Shown here in pieces: positions 47,531 through 63,887 of a DNA stretch of 64,000 bases. The notes beneath the pieces were generated by a model. That model ran no database searches and was not told where the DNA came from. It saw only the letters and a list, made by a program, of their open reading frames with translations. A program made the position numbers and the translations under genes. The DNA lies in the NCBI GenBank assembly GCA_012295275.1, contig CM022667.1, forward strand, positions 11,966,001 to 12,030,000. Reading direction: 5' to 3'. Each line of letters begins with the position of its first letter. Position 1 is the stretch's first letter. This DNA comes from Chrysomallon squamiferum. Lineage: Eukaryota > Animalia > Mollusca.

Positions 47531-49930
47531 CCTATGATATTATAATAAATATACAAAAGAAATTTTCTATGCCGTTAGTTTCAACGAAACTTTTCTGGTG
47601 ATTTTCAGACAAACACACAAACATGATTGTGGGATAGGCTCTGATCAGTAATTTTTAGTGGTATAGATGAAACTGGCATGTAAAAGACAATTTATCCCGC
47701 GATCTATCATATTCTGGCTGTTTCGTAATACAACAACATAAATAACCGTAAAATAAAATTATGTCTATAAGAAAGCCAACAAAGAAGTTACCTTTTCTTT
47801 CTGAGCATCAACAACAACAACAAAAAAAGACACTAACATTGAAGAGTAAAACACAAACGAATTGTTTGTCTTGGAGCTAATATTATCTTTGTCAGTTATT
47901 TTATTTACAGAATTATTTTTTCTTAAATGAGAAACTGTGAAACTACTACGGAATTCGTGAAATCAGTATGAAGTTATCGTTCTAGAAATGGCATTATCTT
48001 TTCTTAGAAAAAAAATAAAATATCTGTTTCATTATTAAAGAAAAACCTACGTAACTGTGAATTATATTTTCGTGTTAAAACAGTATATTTATTACATTGT
48101 GCTGTAGATGCCTTTTTTAAAATTATTATTGCCCCTAAAGATAAACTATACGAAACATTTTTCCACCGATAATTCCTTAATCTGTGACAGTAAAAGAAAC
48201 CGTAATTAAGAGAAATGATTAATTTAAAAGCTTTTACAGTGTCGGTCCGTGTCTTAACGCCGGCCTAATCTTTTCTAAATGTTCTTGTATACATCTTGCT
48301 TGAAGTTCGTTAACGGTTTTTTTCACGCAAAGCTTATCGTTCACACTTAATATTTCATATTAAAATATTTCTCGCAACTTCCCGTAGCTGTAATTCGTGT
48401 TATGGGGCCTAATCACTTGTCAAACAAAAGAACGGAGAGGTCCAAACAATGCGAGACGAGGTGAAAACACGGCCATTTATAACCGAAATCAGACGTTATG
48501 GTGACACACAACGCTTATTATGTGTGTCTCAAGTGTTTGGCAAAAAACAAAACAAAACCATTTTTTTTTTTTTGGACATAATGAAAGCTGTGTTTGTTTT
48601 ATCAACTCCTGGTGTAACTTATCACTGGATTCTACATGTCAAACATGAAGTAGGTGTGAAAAAAAAAAGATAAAGCGATACAGTGCGGAGAAACATTATT
48701 TCATTATTCAACGACAGAACGTATTTTCTTAGAACTGGGTTAAAGATCCTGGGGTGCTACTTACGTAAAGGCTAGAAGATATTTATTTTTTTATTTTTTT
48801 TATTTTTATTTAGAATCAAAGAAAGAGTGAGAAAAATACGGAGAGAGAGAAGAAAAAAAAAAAATATATGTGTGTGGATGGATGTGTGTGTGTATGGGTA
48901 TAACGAGTAAAAGAAACAATACTCTGACCTTTACAGAATTATTAATTTCATATACATGTAAAATCTGGTGAACCACACCGCGTAACAGAAAACAATCAAC
49001 AAACAACTCATGTTTTATGTATTTACACATGATACATCATGTTTTAGAAATAAAAATTTCTCTTTTTTTTTTTTTATAACCTTCAAAAAAAAAAATCTGA
49101 TAAATAATAATACATTAGGTAAAAAAAAAAAAAAAAAAAATCCTGCATACAGGTGTATCGACATTGACAAAGCAGTGAGTTAGATAATATAATTCAACGA
49201 GTTTGAGTTCGGGATTTAGATTTATTGTCGATAACGATTCTGCTGAAAGCTTGTCTACAAAGATATGATCGAATTGTCATCGTTGTGTTATCGTTTTGTA
49301 ATCAGGCACGAAGGATATCGGTTAAAATCACAGAAGCTTTACAACTACTGTCCAAATTACAAGATACAAAATACCCTTTTGGTAGAAAGAGAAAAAAGAA
49401 CCCGCGGAAAGTAATATACGTCTACCGTAGGCAGACCACACATCTGAGAAGGGATTTAAATAAAACGAAACAAGGGGAAAACGTTTCCGTTAATGAGGGC
49501 CTAACAAAGTCTGGCATCTTCAAAGTTATGGAAGCTAATTTGGATGTATTGTATATCAAAGAAATCTGTGAATAGTTTAAAGAAGATTCGTGCACATTTT
49601 TTGGACAATAATAGTAACTTAGATGTAAGAATGTTTTTTTTTTTTTTCTTTTATTTACCTGGTTTTAGTCACTTCAAAAACACGATTCCGAACTTTTTCT
49701 TGATTTCCTCTCTTGATAGCCGAAAAGAATCGAAGATAAGATACGTGATTGTCATTAGTACGTTCAGTTCATCTCGATATAAATCATCACTGTCGACTAA
49801 TCTTCTTCACCCTCAGGTTGAAGATTTCATTAAAAAAAAAGAAGAAAAAAAAATATATCAGAGAATAAACGATAGACAAACTGATTTTTAATTCTTGAAC
49901 CTTTTTTTTCTTTCATATTCGTTGTATTTG

Positions 49931-50016
<86 letters not shown>

Positions 50017-50383
50017 AAAATGTCAGTTTCTTAAATATATATATATATTTTATCGAAATGACGTCTATGAATATTTAAAAATAAACCATACGACCAGTTT
50101 TCAAACAGTGAAGAGAAGAACACAAAGAATCTACAGTAATATATCTGATACTCGTCCATTTATCTTCAGCCAGGGATTAAGCTACAACACTTACTCCATA
50201 TTATCTGGATACACTTCTGAACCACCCCTGATCATCTTGTCATCCTTGAACACAGTCAAGGCCATGTTTTCTTTCTCTGAACAAACATCTATAAACAATT
50301 CCAGAAAATGGCCTTTGCATACTTACATATAATACTGATATTTTATAAGATAAGCTACTACTATTCAGTACGACTGGAACAAG

Positions 50384-52171
50384 AATGTGATGGCATGCTC
50401 TAAAATTCTGTGAGGCTGTAATAAATTGTCTCTTGTGTGTTTTCTTATAAGCTAAGATAAATGACGTTATCTGTTAGACAATCTACGTTGTCATAAAAAT
50501 ATGTCGAATTCTTCACGAATCGTCAACTGTAAAGCTCGGGTATTAACTAAATCTAGAATAACGGATACAATACTATTGACAGTGTGTCTACGGAAAGGTG
50601 ATGACTTGAGGAAATATATTTGTTAGAAGACCAAATGTAAAGCTGTTCAACTATACTGATCATCGATATACTGACTTTAATAAGTTTCAGAAACTGATTA
50701 ATAGATTTATCGTTATGATGAAAAAGGTCGCACACTAAGAACATCAGACAGAAACAGAATTGAAAAGACAGAGTAAAAAAAAACACGAGAGATATAAAAA
50801 AATAGAGAGATTAAGTGAGACCAAGGGAGACAGATATAGAAACAAAACACGAATCTCTGTGTTATAGACAAACATAATTATCTGTGTAATAGACAAACAT
50901 GAATCTCTGTGTTATAGGCAAATATAATTGTCTGTGTTATAGACAAACATAATTGTCTGTGTTATAGACACACATGAATTTCTGTGTTATAGACAAACAT
51001 AATTATCTGTGTTATAGACAAACATAATTGTCTGTGTTATAGGCAAACATAATTATTTGTGTTATAGACAAACATGAATCTCTGTGTTATAGGCAAACAT
51101 AATTGTCTGTGTTATAGACAAACATAATTGTCTGTGTTATAGACAGACATAATTCTCTGTGTTATAGGCAAACATAATTATATATGTTATAGACACACAT
51201 GAATCGCTGTGTTATAGGCAAACATAATTATCTGTGTTATAGACACACATAATTATCTATGTTATAGACACACGTGAATCGCTATGTTATAGACATACAT
51301 AATTATCTGTGTTATAGACACACGTGAATCGCTATGTTATAGACATACATAATTATCTGTATTATAGACACACATGAATCTCTGTGTTATAGGCAAACAT
51401 AATTATATATGTTATAGACACACATGAATCTCTGTGTTATAGGCAAACATAATTATCTGTGTTATAGACACACATGAATCTCTGTGTTATAGGCAAACAT
51501 AATTATATATGTTATAGACACACATGAATCTATGTGTTATAGGCAAACATAATTATATATGTTATAGACACACATGAATCTCTGTGTTGTAGACATACAT
51601 GAATCTCTGTGCTATAGACACACACGAATTTCTGTGTTATAGACGTACACGAATTTCTGTGTTATAGACATATACGAATCTCTGTGTTATAGACGTACAC
51701 GAATTTCTGTGTTATAGAGATACACGAATCTCTGTGTTATAGACGTACACGAATTTCTGTGTTATAGACGTACACGAATCTCTGTGTTATAGACGTACAC
51801 GAATTTCTGTGTTATAAACGTACACGAATTTCTGTGTTATAGACGTACACGAATCTCTGTGTTATAGACGTACACGAATTTCTGTGTTATAAACGTACAC
51901 GAATTTCTGTGTTATAGACATACACGAATCTCTGTGTTATAGACATACACGAATTTCTGTGTTATAAACGTACACGAATTTCTGTGTTATAGACATACAC
52001 GAATCTCTGTGTTATAGACGTACACGAATTTCTGTGTTATAAACGTACACGAATTTCTGTGTTATAGACATACACAATTCGCCGCGCTATAGAGACACAT
52101 AATCATCTGTTATAGATATACTGTTCATGGGTTATCTATCTATTTATTTATCTATGTACCCATATATCTAT

Positions 52172-52202
<31 letters not shown>

Positions 52203-52220
52203 CCCCCCCACACACATCCA

Positions 52221-52258
<38 letters not shown>

Positions 52259-52671
52259 ATCACAGAGTTCACGGTGTTAGAGACAGATATTTTTCACTCT
52301 GTACTAGACAGCTACAAACGCCAGTTCGCAGCAGCATATTCATAATTCACAGTGTTAGGTTCGCGAATCATTGTGCTATGCGCAAACATGATTCACTGCA
52401 CTATGAATACACATGCTTCTCACATTAATAACTACAAGCTCCGTGTTAATTCACTTTATACGTGTGCTCTGAAAGGCTCTGTTTAGGCTGTGTACGAACA
52501 CTCCGGCAAGAATAGGGGACATAAATTGTGATGACATCTTCTGAAATGCTGTCAAACTTTAATAGATTGTCTCTTGTGTTTTCTTGTAAGCTAAGATGAA
52601 TGACATTATCTATATGGCTATCTTCGTTGTCATAAAATATATCGAAAGCATCAGGCGTCGCCAATGGTAAA
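50384..52671. repeat. Diverged ~150-bp direct repeat (50384-50533 and 52525-52671) bracketing the 25-bp satellite
   Basis: ATTGTCTCTTGTGTGTTTTCTTATAAGCTAAGATAAATGACGTTATCT versus ATTGTCTCTTGTGTTTTCTTGTAAGCTAAGATGAATGACATTATCT; the flanks also align. Confidence 0.85.
50851..52115. repeat. 25-bp minisatellite, ~50 copies, two sub-arrays
   Basis: Left part AATTATCTGTGTTATAGACAAACAT / GAATCTCTGTGTTATAGGCAAACAT; right part GAAT(T/C)TCTGTGTTATAGACGTACAC; period 25 (51001, 51026, 51051). Confidence 0.95.
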
Positions 52672-52928
52672 CGAATACGACTTGGTTGAAAAAAAAAAAA
52701 AACTCACAAAAGCCGACATGACAGGGGGATGAGCAAGGATTGCTTTTGGTGTTCAGTCATACATGGCAAGGAAGATCGTGTTTCAGAACATGACAAAATC
52801 CAAAGTGTGTTTGTACAGGCCGCAATATGATCAAAGATAGAACTGCTGTAGCTCGCTCGCTTTATGAAAGGAAAATAGCTTCGGTTATGATATCATTATC
52901 ATTAACATTGTCGTTGTTGTTATTGTTG

Positions 52929-52964
<36 letters not shown>

Positions 52965-53393
52965 TATTATTATTATTATTATTATTTGTCATCATTGTTG
53001 TTGTTATAATAATTATTATTATTATTACTGTTGTTGTAGTGGCAGTGATTGGAGAGGTTGTTGCTGTGGTATCAAGACAAAGAACCACCGTTTTTCAGAG
53101 GAGCAAAGACTGAACTGCTCTTTCTCGTATTATGAATAGATAAAAGTTTTGGTTGTGATATGTAAATGATTTAAAAACAAAGATTATTAATGTTATATAA
53201 AATTATTTTTAAAACTGTCTTGCGAAGAAGGAGCTTAACAATAAATAATAAATAGAAATCAAGTAACTTAACTAAGTGAGTATGTAAGTAATAAGCGAGT
53301 ATGATAGCAAGTCAAAGTTAGCAAGTAAATAAATTATCTGGAAGAATGGCATCCCAACAGACAGATAAACAGACGAATATGTTTGGAATTTAA

Positions 53394-53510
<117 letters not shown>

Positions 53511-53983
53511 TAATAATAATAATTATAATAATAATAATAATAATAAATATAAATAAATAAATAAACAAGTAAATAAATAAATAAACAAATAAATAAGTAA
53601 ACAAGTAAACAAATAAGCAATATAACATTAACAAACGGTTCGAGAGGAGGTCGAGTGACACACAGAAGGGGAACCAGGAACCCAACACCTACGTTATGAC
53701 TGCTATCACATTTCACACACACTGCAGGGGTACCCGCATTGTCATCTCGGGTAATGTAAGCGCTTCGAGGGTCTCCGTGTCACAGTCCCGCCTTGGTAAA
53801 GAAGAAAACATAATGAGACGTTCATTCATCGAGCTATTAATGACACTGTAATAGTTTAATTGAAAATTTTGTTTGTTTTGTTTGGGCACGCCGAAAAGAC
53901 AGGATCCGTGGAGTGTGATTTTTTTTTTCTCTCAGATAACATCTAGACTGGGTGACAGGGGCGTGTTCAGTGTGTGCAGTGTG

Positions 53984-53994
53984 ATAATAATAAC

Positions 53995-54053
<59 letters not shown>

Positions 54054-54097
54054 TAATAATAACAACAACAATAATAATAATAATAATAATGATGATG

Positions 54098-54138
<41 letters not shown>

Positions 54139-54208
54139 AATAATATTGATGATAATAATAATAATAATAATAATAATGATGATAATAATAATAATAATGA
54201 TGATGATG

Positions 54209-54245
<37 letters not shown>

Positions 54246-54380
54246 TAATAATAATAATGATGATGATAATAATGATAATAATAATAATAATAATATTGAT
54301 AATAATAATAATAATGATGATGATAATAATAATAATCATAATAATAATCATAATAATAATAATAATCATAATAATAATAA
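53984..54380. repeat. Long compound (AAT/GAT/AAC)n microsatellite
   Basis: About 400 bp of AAT-based triplets. Representative of the dozens of (AAT)n, (AG)n, (AC)n, (AT)n and (AAAT)n tracts across the window. Confidence 0.95.
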
Positions 54381-54944
54381 TCACGAACCTGAAAATTATA
54401 AAATCTGATAATAGTAATGATAACAGTAATAAAAATGGCAATAGCAATATTAATATTAAGAAGAAGAACAAAACGACAACAGTCACAACAACAACGACTA
54501 CGACGACAACAACTTCAACAAAGACAATAAGAACAACAACAACAATACTACTACTACTACTACTAATAATAATAACAATAATAATAAAAAGAAGAAGAAG
54601 AAAAGAAGAAGAAAAAGAAGAAGAACATCGGCAAAAACAACTATATCAGCAGCAGCAGTAGCAACAAAAACAACGACGACGAATACGTCAACATGACACA
54701 GCCAATAATCCTAACGAAACAGAATGGTACTGAAAATACGTTATAATCATTTCACTGTTAATAAATGTATATAATGGAAAGTCATTTATGTGTTTTTTTT
54801 TGTATTATTATTATTATTATTTTTATTTATATAATATTTTATTAGTATTATTCCGATCTTCTATATTTCTAGATTTTTACTTTTGATTTAATTCCGATTA
54901 TTTCCTTTTTATCCTGTAATAATTATTACTTACGGTTTTGGAGT

Positions 54945-55007
<63 letters not shown>

Positions 55008-55008
55008 T

Positions 55009-55055
<47 letters not shown>

Positions 55056-55524
55056 GTTTTATTTATATTTAAATGCCTTCTAATATTGTTCCATTTCTTT
55101 TTCTTTTTTTTCATATATATTTTTTAATGTTAGGATGTATTATTGCATGAATAACTCATACAAATCTATACAAGGCTCAAATTTATCTAACAAATCGTTA
55201 TGTTAAGCAGTTAATATTTTATTACAACTTGATATCTAGTCATGCACATTTAATATCTTTTAACGATTGTTCAAATCCATTTATATATAAAGCCTTCTAT
55301 TTATACCAAATAATTCATTTGAAATTTGAAATTTTACATTCTTTATAATTAGTACAAACTATTTTATTTTTTATATCCACTGCCTGAAAAGGCAAGATCT
55401 TTCAGTATATGCCGCTTTCTCATTCAGATAATGAAAATTTAATTGCATGACTTATTTTGAAAGTTATTACATACTCAGTTTTATTTTGATTTTCATAATA
55501 CTGCAGTAAATATCACAGCAAAGG

Positions 55525-55605
<81 letters not shown>

Positions 55606-55960
55606 ACGATAATGATAAACTAGTAATAAACTTTGTATTCATGCATGTACATACATACAAACATACATACATACAAATATACATACAAACATTCATACGT
55701 ACACACATGCATACATACCTACATACATACATTCAAATTGAGTTACTTACTTACATACGTACACACATATATATATACATATACATACGTCCATACATAC
55801 ATACATACATGCATACATACATACATATATACACACATATGCACATAAACAAGAAACCCTAACATAAACACATACATACACACACACACACACACATACA
55901 TACAGCCGGACATAAATAACTTATACTGAATATGTTGACAAAAATAATAAACAAACAACA

Positions 55961-56012
<52 letters not shown>

Positions 56013-56879
56013 TAAACGACATTTAAATTCCTCGCATAGTTCACTAGTTAAATTTCACACTCACAGACAACTTAATTTTTAACGTCGGCAACCGAAGCAC
56101 ACGTACATAAAACTGTAAATAAAGACCTACCCATCAACGGTTCCTCGCCACGTCGGCGACTTCGTGTCACACGACACGGGCAGCCGGCTGAGAAGTAGTT
56201 GTTGTCGTAAAACAATACAAGAAAATTAACGGTTTGCAAAAATACACAAACATCCATAACATTTAAACCAAAAAAAAAAAAAAAAACCGAAAAAAAAAAA
56301 ATAAATAAATAAAAAATTCGGATAATGACACCATATAGATGTTTATCATTATTGGTTTTTATTCGTGGCTACGTTGTCGCTGAGGCGTCACTGCAGTCGC
56401 CGTTTTACTGTCGACATCAACCCCGCTCACCTCCGCGATGTTATCAGCAGTTCGGTTGCGCAAAAGTACACTTTAAGGGTGTTACAAACGTCATCGCGGT
56501 TTCGACTATCTGTGCGCTGTGTTTTTTTTGATTTATGCTGGCTTTCTTTAATAACAGTGTGCGCAGCCCCCAGTTCAGAAAAACGGCTTTAATAGATTTC
56601 AGTATTGAATTTCATGGGCGCTGGAAAACATGTTTTATTTGGCTCTGCGGTTGAGACAACGGTGATTCCTATCTACCTGGGAGGAATTGTTGTGGGCCTC
56701 TTTTTTTTTTTTTCTGTTTTTTTTCTGTTGTCTGTTTTTAAAGCCTATTTTTTTAAAAAAAAGTCGTCAACGAAAATTGCTTTTAAAAACTGCCGTCACA
56801 TGAATGTAAACGTGTCCATTTATCTGTTTATCTGTCTGTGTGTCTGTCTTATGAAGTACCTGTTATTCTACCTACAAAC

Positions 56880-56910
<31 letters not shown>

Positions 56911-57277
56911 CATACTTTTATCAGTTTTCTGTCCATCCATCCATCCTTCCATCCAACTATACATCCGTATTCCTATGTCTGTGTGTTCTATGACATTAGT
57001 GTATATTGACGCCTATCTATCTCATCGCATTTCTTTTTCAGTCTCCGTTTCGTTTCTTACATTATATTGTTAATCTTTCAGACAATATCATAATGCAAGA
57101 AAAAAAAAAAACCAAAAAAAAAAACCGATTACCATTCCATTAATCTGATACAGTTTTGTTATGATGAAGAGCAATAATATTATTATTGTTGTTGTTGTAA
57201 TTGCTACTGATGTTGTTATTATTATTATTACTTTATCATTATTATTATTATTATTATTATTACTATTATTCTTACTA

Positions 57278-57353
<76 letters not shown>

Positions 57354-57961
57354 ACTAGTAGTAGTAGTAGACTAGTAGTAGTACTATGGTACTGCTCTCC
57401 TTAAATTACCCTGATTTATGTACAAAAGTCATAAATATAAAATGTTATTTGTTATCACCTTCTCTACTCAGACAAAAGCACTTGCATCTAATTTATATAT
57501 CTGAAATAACATTGGAGCGTTCATGCGTACTGATGTCCAGTTGTAATTATGTGCGTATGGTGTGTGCATTTATGTGCACACGTTATTTTTTAAAACTGTA
57601 TTCCAACATTTTGCACATACATTTAGGAAGTTTTCAACAAGTGTCCCAACGCACTGCATATCAAGAGGTCATGATATTTATTTTGCAGACCATGGAAAGG
57701 TTCATATAAAAGATCACTTGTTGCTATTCAGTAAGAATAGCTTTCGCAGTCGTTTCAGTGGTGTTTTCATTCACGGACTATAATTTATTTTCATCTAAAT
57801 CTCGCACTGGCAGCTTACGCTGTAAATGGAACAATCATATTTATGAAATAAGTTATGAAAAAGTGAAAGTTGCAATGAGTTACGTCCCTTTGATCAACGT
57901 GAAAAATATCATTATCACCTTTCGTTATTTGATACTGTGACGAAGAAAAACTTGTAAAAAA

Positions 57962-58003
<42 letters not shown>

Positions 58004-59853
58004 CATATGCTTGTATGTAGATATGTATATTATTATTCCTATCATACACACACACACACACATACACATATATACACACATACACATATATACACACATA
58101 TACATAACACACACACACACGCACGTAATTAAATAAATAAATACGAGTGATTAATTTCCAGAATTATTATAATGAGATTCATTTACATCGAACACAGTGT
58201 TGTTGTCATTTAATCAATAAAATATTTATTATTATTATTATTATAATGATGATGATGATGATATAAATAAAATGAAAACAAATTGATCATTGAACAACTT
58301 ATGATGATATAATTGTGGTGATAATAATAATAATTTACTGATGATTTTCTTGTAATTATTATATTACTGTGATGATTATAATTATTGTGATGGTATTATA
58401 ACATTTACTGCATGTTGATGAAGACGATTACGACGACAACAACGATGTTTATTATTTTCAGATATTTTTTGAAACTTGACTTCTTTTAGTGTATCAAGAA
58501 AACAGAAAAGAAACTAAAAAAACCATGGACACATGAAGAAGAAAGAGATAAATGAATAAGAAAAAGAAAAAGAAGAAGAAGAAGAAGAAGAAGAAGAAAA
58601 TAAACAAGAAGGAAAAGATTACCGCTAATTCTGTCATTATTACAGTCTAATTACGTTTGTAATGGGTGCACATGGCAGTTTTACCGGCCTGTTTTAGAGG
58701 TGAAATTTTCTTGTCGTTATTCCATGATACAAATATAAGTAAATATTTATTTACTGGCACTTTTAACGGGGCATAATTCTAACAATATACGTGTTGCGAT
58801 AATAACGTTTTAAAAATGTAATTGTTTATTTATGTATTTAGTTAATTTTTTCATTTTATTTATTTGGTTATTTTATTTTTGAATATTAATTTCTTTATTG
58901 TATTGTATTGTTTTTATTTTATTATTTTTTTATTTGAATATTAATTTGGTTATATTATTTTATTTTAATTTTTTTTTTTTTGTTTTATTTATTGTATATA
59001 TTATATATTGTATATATTGTATTGAAATCTGAATATTAATTTATATAATATTTAGTTTTTGGTTTAATTGTTTTGTTTCACTGTATTTGTATTGCATTTA
59101 TTAATTAATTTATTTATTTATATTGATATTATTTGTTTGCTTATATATTTATTTAAAAAACAAAACAAATAACATTTATTTATTTATTTGCTTTTTATTT
59201 AGTTTTTGTATTCATTATTTTATTAAAACGTATTTATTTATTAAATTTCTCTTTTAATTTATTATTTTTAATTTTTATTTATTTTTTTTTTTCCCTCAGT
59301 TTTTTTTCTTTCTTTTTTTTTTTTTTTTTTTTTTAATTATTCTTTCTACAAATATTTCTTTTATTTATTTTTCACTCTTTATTATTCAAAATTATTTTCT
59401 TCTTTTTCTGTTGTGCATTTGCAATTACTAAGTAGACACCTCCTAACATTTTTCACTAAATGATTTTTTCTGTTGCCGGCAGATAGAAATTATTCATTGG
59501 GTTATATTACCTTTTATAGTGTTAAAATTACACTTTGTACGTTTTCAGTAATGGAAATGTTAAAATTTTAATTTTTTTTAAAATAAATTTGTGTAACACG
59601 GTAGAATAGAGATGAATAGTTTTTATTGCTGTTCTTAATCTGAAAATGGTTAAGCCATGTTCACGAGAAGCCCGGATCGCGTCCCGAAACTAATCGATTC
59701 CGTGATTTAAAAAAAACAAAAAAAATTATTTTTTTTTTTTATAATCTTAGTTCCTGTTTCCAGTAATAAAGAGAAACACACAGACAGACAAATCCAGTGA
59801 AGTAAAGAATTTAACTTAATAATAAATAAAATTAATTACATAGAAATAACAAG

Positions 59854-59888
<35 letters not shown>

Positions 59889-59941
59889 AGTAAAATAAAA
59901 TGAAATAAAATAAAATGATGGCGATGGTGATAATAATAAAA

Positions 59942-59975
<34 letters not shown>

Positions 59976-60860
59976 GTAATAATAATAAAAAGTATAACAC
60001 AACAACAAACAACAACAACAACGACAGTAACAACCTCAGCTATTACAAACACAGCATCGTGTACATCGTATTACGTTTAATTAACTAATAATTGTGTTCC
60101 AATATAAATATGATTCACGTGGCGATATAAATCTCAGTTATAATTATTATTTAATTATGTTTAAATCAGTTATTTAATTTTATTATATAAAAGTATTCAT
60201 TTCTGTTATATTCTATCACCCAAATTTATTTAAGAGTAAAATTTAGATATTTCTCCTTTATACAAAATATTGTTGTTTTTTTGGCGTCATTTTTTTAATT
60301 CTTACAATTAAATATTGTTTGGTTGTTGTTTTTCCTTTCTTTTTTACTTGTTTTTGTGAAATTTCTTTCGAGTTTTCTTGTTTTGTAATCGTTTTTCATT
60401 TTTTGAGTTATACAATTTAGGAAATAGAGACGGCAATATTTTTCTTTAAAAATCCATTTATATAAACATATATAACCCTTATATTATTTTTTTTTTTTTT
60501 TTTAATTTTTTTTTATTTAGCTCTTGCTCCTCTTTGTTATCAGAACAATTATAAAGTTAAATTTTTAGCAGAATCTTTTTCAATATATTTAAATTTTTCA
60601 AATCAATAATTTCAGTTAGGAAAATTTACTACATTAATAACGTAATAATTAATTCGTTTGTTTAATCATTTACAAAAGCATTTTAGGAAACACACTGTTT
60701 GCTTTAAATTCTCTTTTTTCTGTTTTTAAGTTTATCGAAACTTATTTTAAAAATGTTTATTTTTTTGTTGAAACAAAACAAGAGAATAAACATTCAGACA
60801 GACATTCAGACAGACAGAGAGACATAAACAAATAAATGAATGAAATAAAATAATACAAAA

Positions 60861-60895
<35 letters not shown>

Positions 60896-61291
60896 AATAA
60901 AATAAAATAAAACAAATAAAACAAATGAGTAAATAATAAAATAAACAAAACAAAAAAACAACAACAACAAAAAAAAAAAAAAAAAAAAATAAAATAAATA
61001 AAATAAATAAATAAATAAATAAACAAGAAAGTTAGTAAGTAAGTAAATAAATAAAATTATTTAATCAGTAAATAAAATAAAATAAAATAAAATAAAAAAA
61101 AAAAAAAACATAAATAAATGAACGAATGAATAAATGAATAAATAAATAAACAAACAAGTAAATGAACAAGTAAGTAAATAAGTAAATAAATAAGTAAGTA
61201 AGTTAACGAAAAACAGCAGACACAGAATCATTCGCACAGATAAACAAACGCACCGACAAACACTCGGATAGTTTATAATTATTATATCTTC

Positions 61292-61372
<81 letters not shown>

Positions 61373-61389
61373 AATATTAAACTATATTA

Positions 61390-61439
61390 AACAGTTGAAA
61401 AACAAAGACAGTTCATAAATAAAATAGAATACATTTATT
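61390..61439 (-). terminator. Candidate polyadenylation signal of Irx
   Basis: Minus-strand AATAAA (61439-61434) followed by GT/T-rich TGTCTTTGTTTTTC at the boundary between unique and simple-repeat DNA. Other AATAAA hexamers exist, so this is uncertain. Confidence 0.35.
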
Positions 61440-62397
61440 GACAACTGTGTACTGGCGTTTTAAAACAAAACAAAACATGGAATGTAAAAGAGCATGCAGT
61501 GCAATTTTCCACTAATAATTGGATTGTCTTTTTTTTTTTACACTTAATAAACAGTCTTTGGGCAATTTTTACACCGTAACTGAATATTGTCACTTCGGGT
61601 AATATTCCTATACCCCGAACTCAAATTTCGTATATGTTTTTCTTTCCATCTAAGAAAACTTCACATATATATATATTATATATATATTAGGCATACGCAT
61701 GTTCGGGTCACTTTTCGTATCTGTCAAAATTCGTCTCGTATATCGTTTTTCTTTTCTTAATTTTTCTCCAGCCTTTTTCTTTTTTTTTTTAAGTTTTCTT
61801 CTCAAAGAATAATAATTCAGACATTCAGTGATTATACATCATCTCAAAGCGAAATAGATATATGAGATACACACGCAACCATACATTTCACAGACACGAA
61901 GTCTCCAACATTGTCCTGTCTAAGTAAATTAAACTGAAGTTTTCTTAACTATTAATTCTAACATAATAAATTAATAATAATAATAAAAAATGTTTTTGCA
62001 TTATGAAAAAAAAAAAAAAAAAAAAAAAAATTATAGCGTCTCTTTTTTTTTATATATATATATATATATATAAAGCTAAAGGTATTTGTATTTTAAAATT
62101 AAAGATATTGGAATTCATTTTATGTGTTTTTGAACGTTTTTCTTTACCCTTCTTCTTGTTCTTTTTTTTTTTATGTTTTTTTTTTTCCTATTAATTTCTG
62201 GTTTCTGATTATCAAGACGAAATTTTAACGACAGCAAGTTTTTTCAGATTTCGATAAGTGGAAATGAAGTACTTTTATTGGTCAGGAACACTAGGATTAT
62301 CAAAACTTGGGAGAATGTCAAATATTAATTTTTGTGTTTATTGGAACGTTGAACTTAAAGAAAGTAAGTAAATAAGTAAGCAAGTAAGTAAGTAATA

Positions 62398-62445
<48 letters not shown>

Positions 62446-62788
62446 TGTTTTGTCATATATACGGCCAAGAATAACGAAATTTGGATGAATGAAAAAAAAA
62501 AAAAAAACTAATTGTTTTATTTTCACTCACAAATCCAAGAATATCGAGACTTCACAGTATGTGAAAATGATGTTTGATGCATTTTTACCAAGACCTGATA
62601 GTCTCGGTTTTCAAGCTTCAGAGATGATGATCAGTGTTTTTTTTTAATGAGGTTCTTTGGCGATCCCGACTATCGAGACAGAGTGAAACTAGTTCTAGAC
62701 TCGTTCGTCTGTTTGTGTGTCTGTTTTTCAGAATGTTGTTTATCACATGTTCATGAATTTTGTTTGCTTTCTCCTCCTCAAAATTCTG

Positions 62789-63887
<1,099 letters not shown>

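Noticed and set aside
49225-49891. Two non-repetitive plus-strand ORFs (116 and 115 aa)
   Set aside because: Non-ATG starts, no recognisable motif and no clear splice framework; could be transposon debris but this is unsupported.
53873-54661. Long poly-I/poly-N ORFs, and the many poly-LS, RE, Y, HT ORFs elsewhere
   Set aside because: Translations of (AAT)n, (AG)n and (AC)n microsatellites.
56145-56178. Two adjacent small GC hairpins (TCGCC/GGCGA; CGTGTC/GACACG), and CCTGAC-G-GTCAGG at ~32640
   Set aside because: Stems of 5-6 bp are expected by chance; there is no supporting ncRNA or Helitron-end context.
59640-59705. tRNA/SINE-like A- and B-box remnants (also ~32095-32165 and ~35678-35700 on the minus strand)
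   Set aside because: Too degenerate to fold a cloverleaf or assign a family; at most SINE debris.
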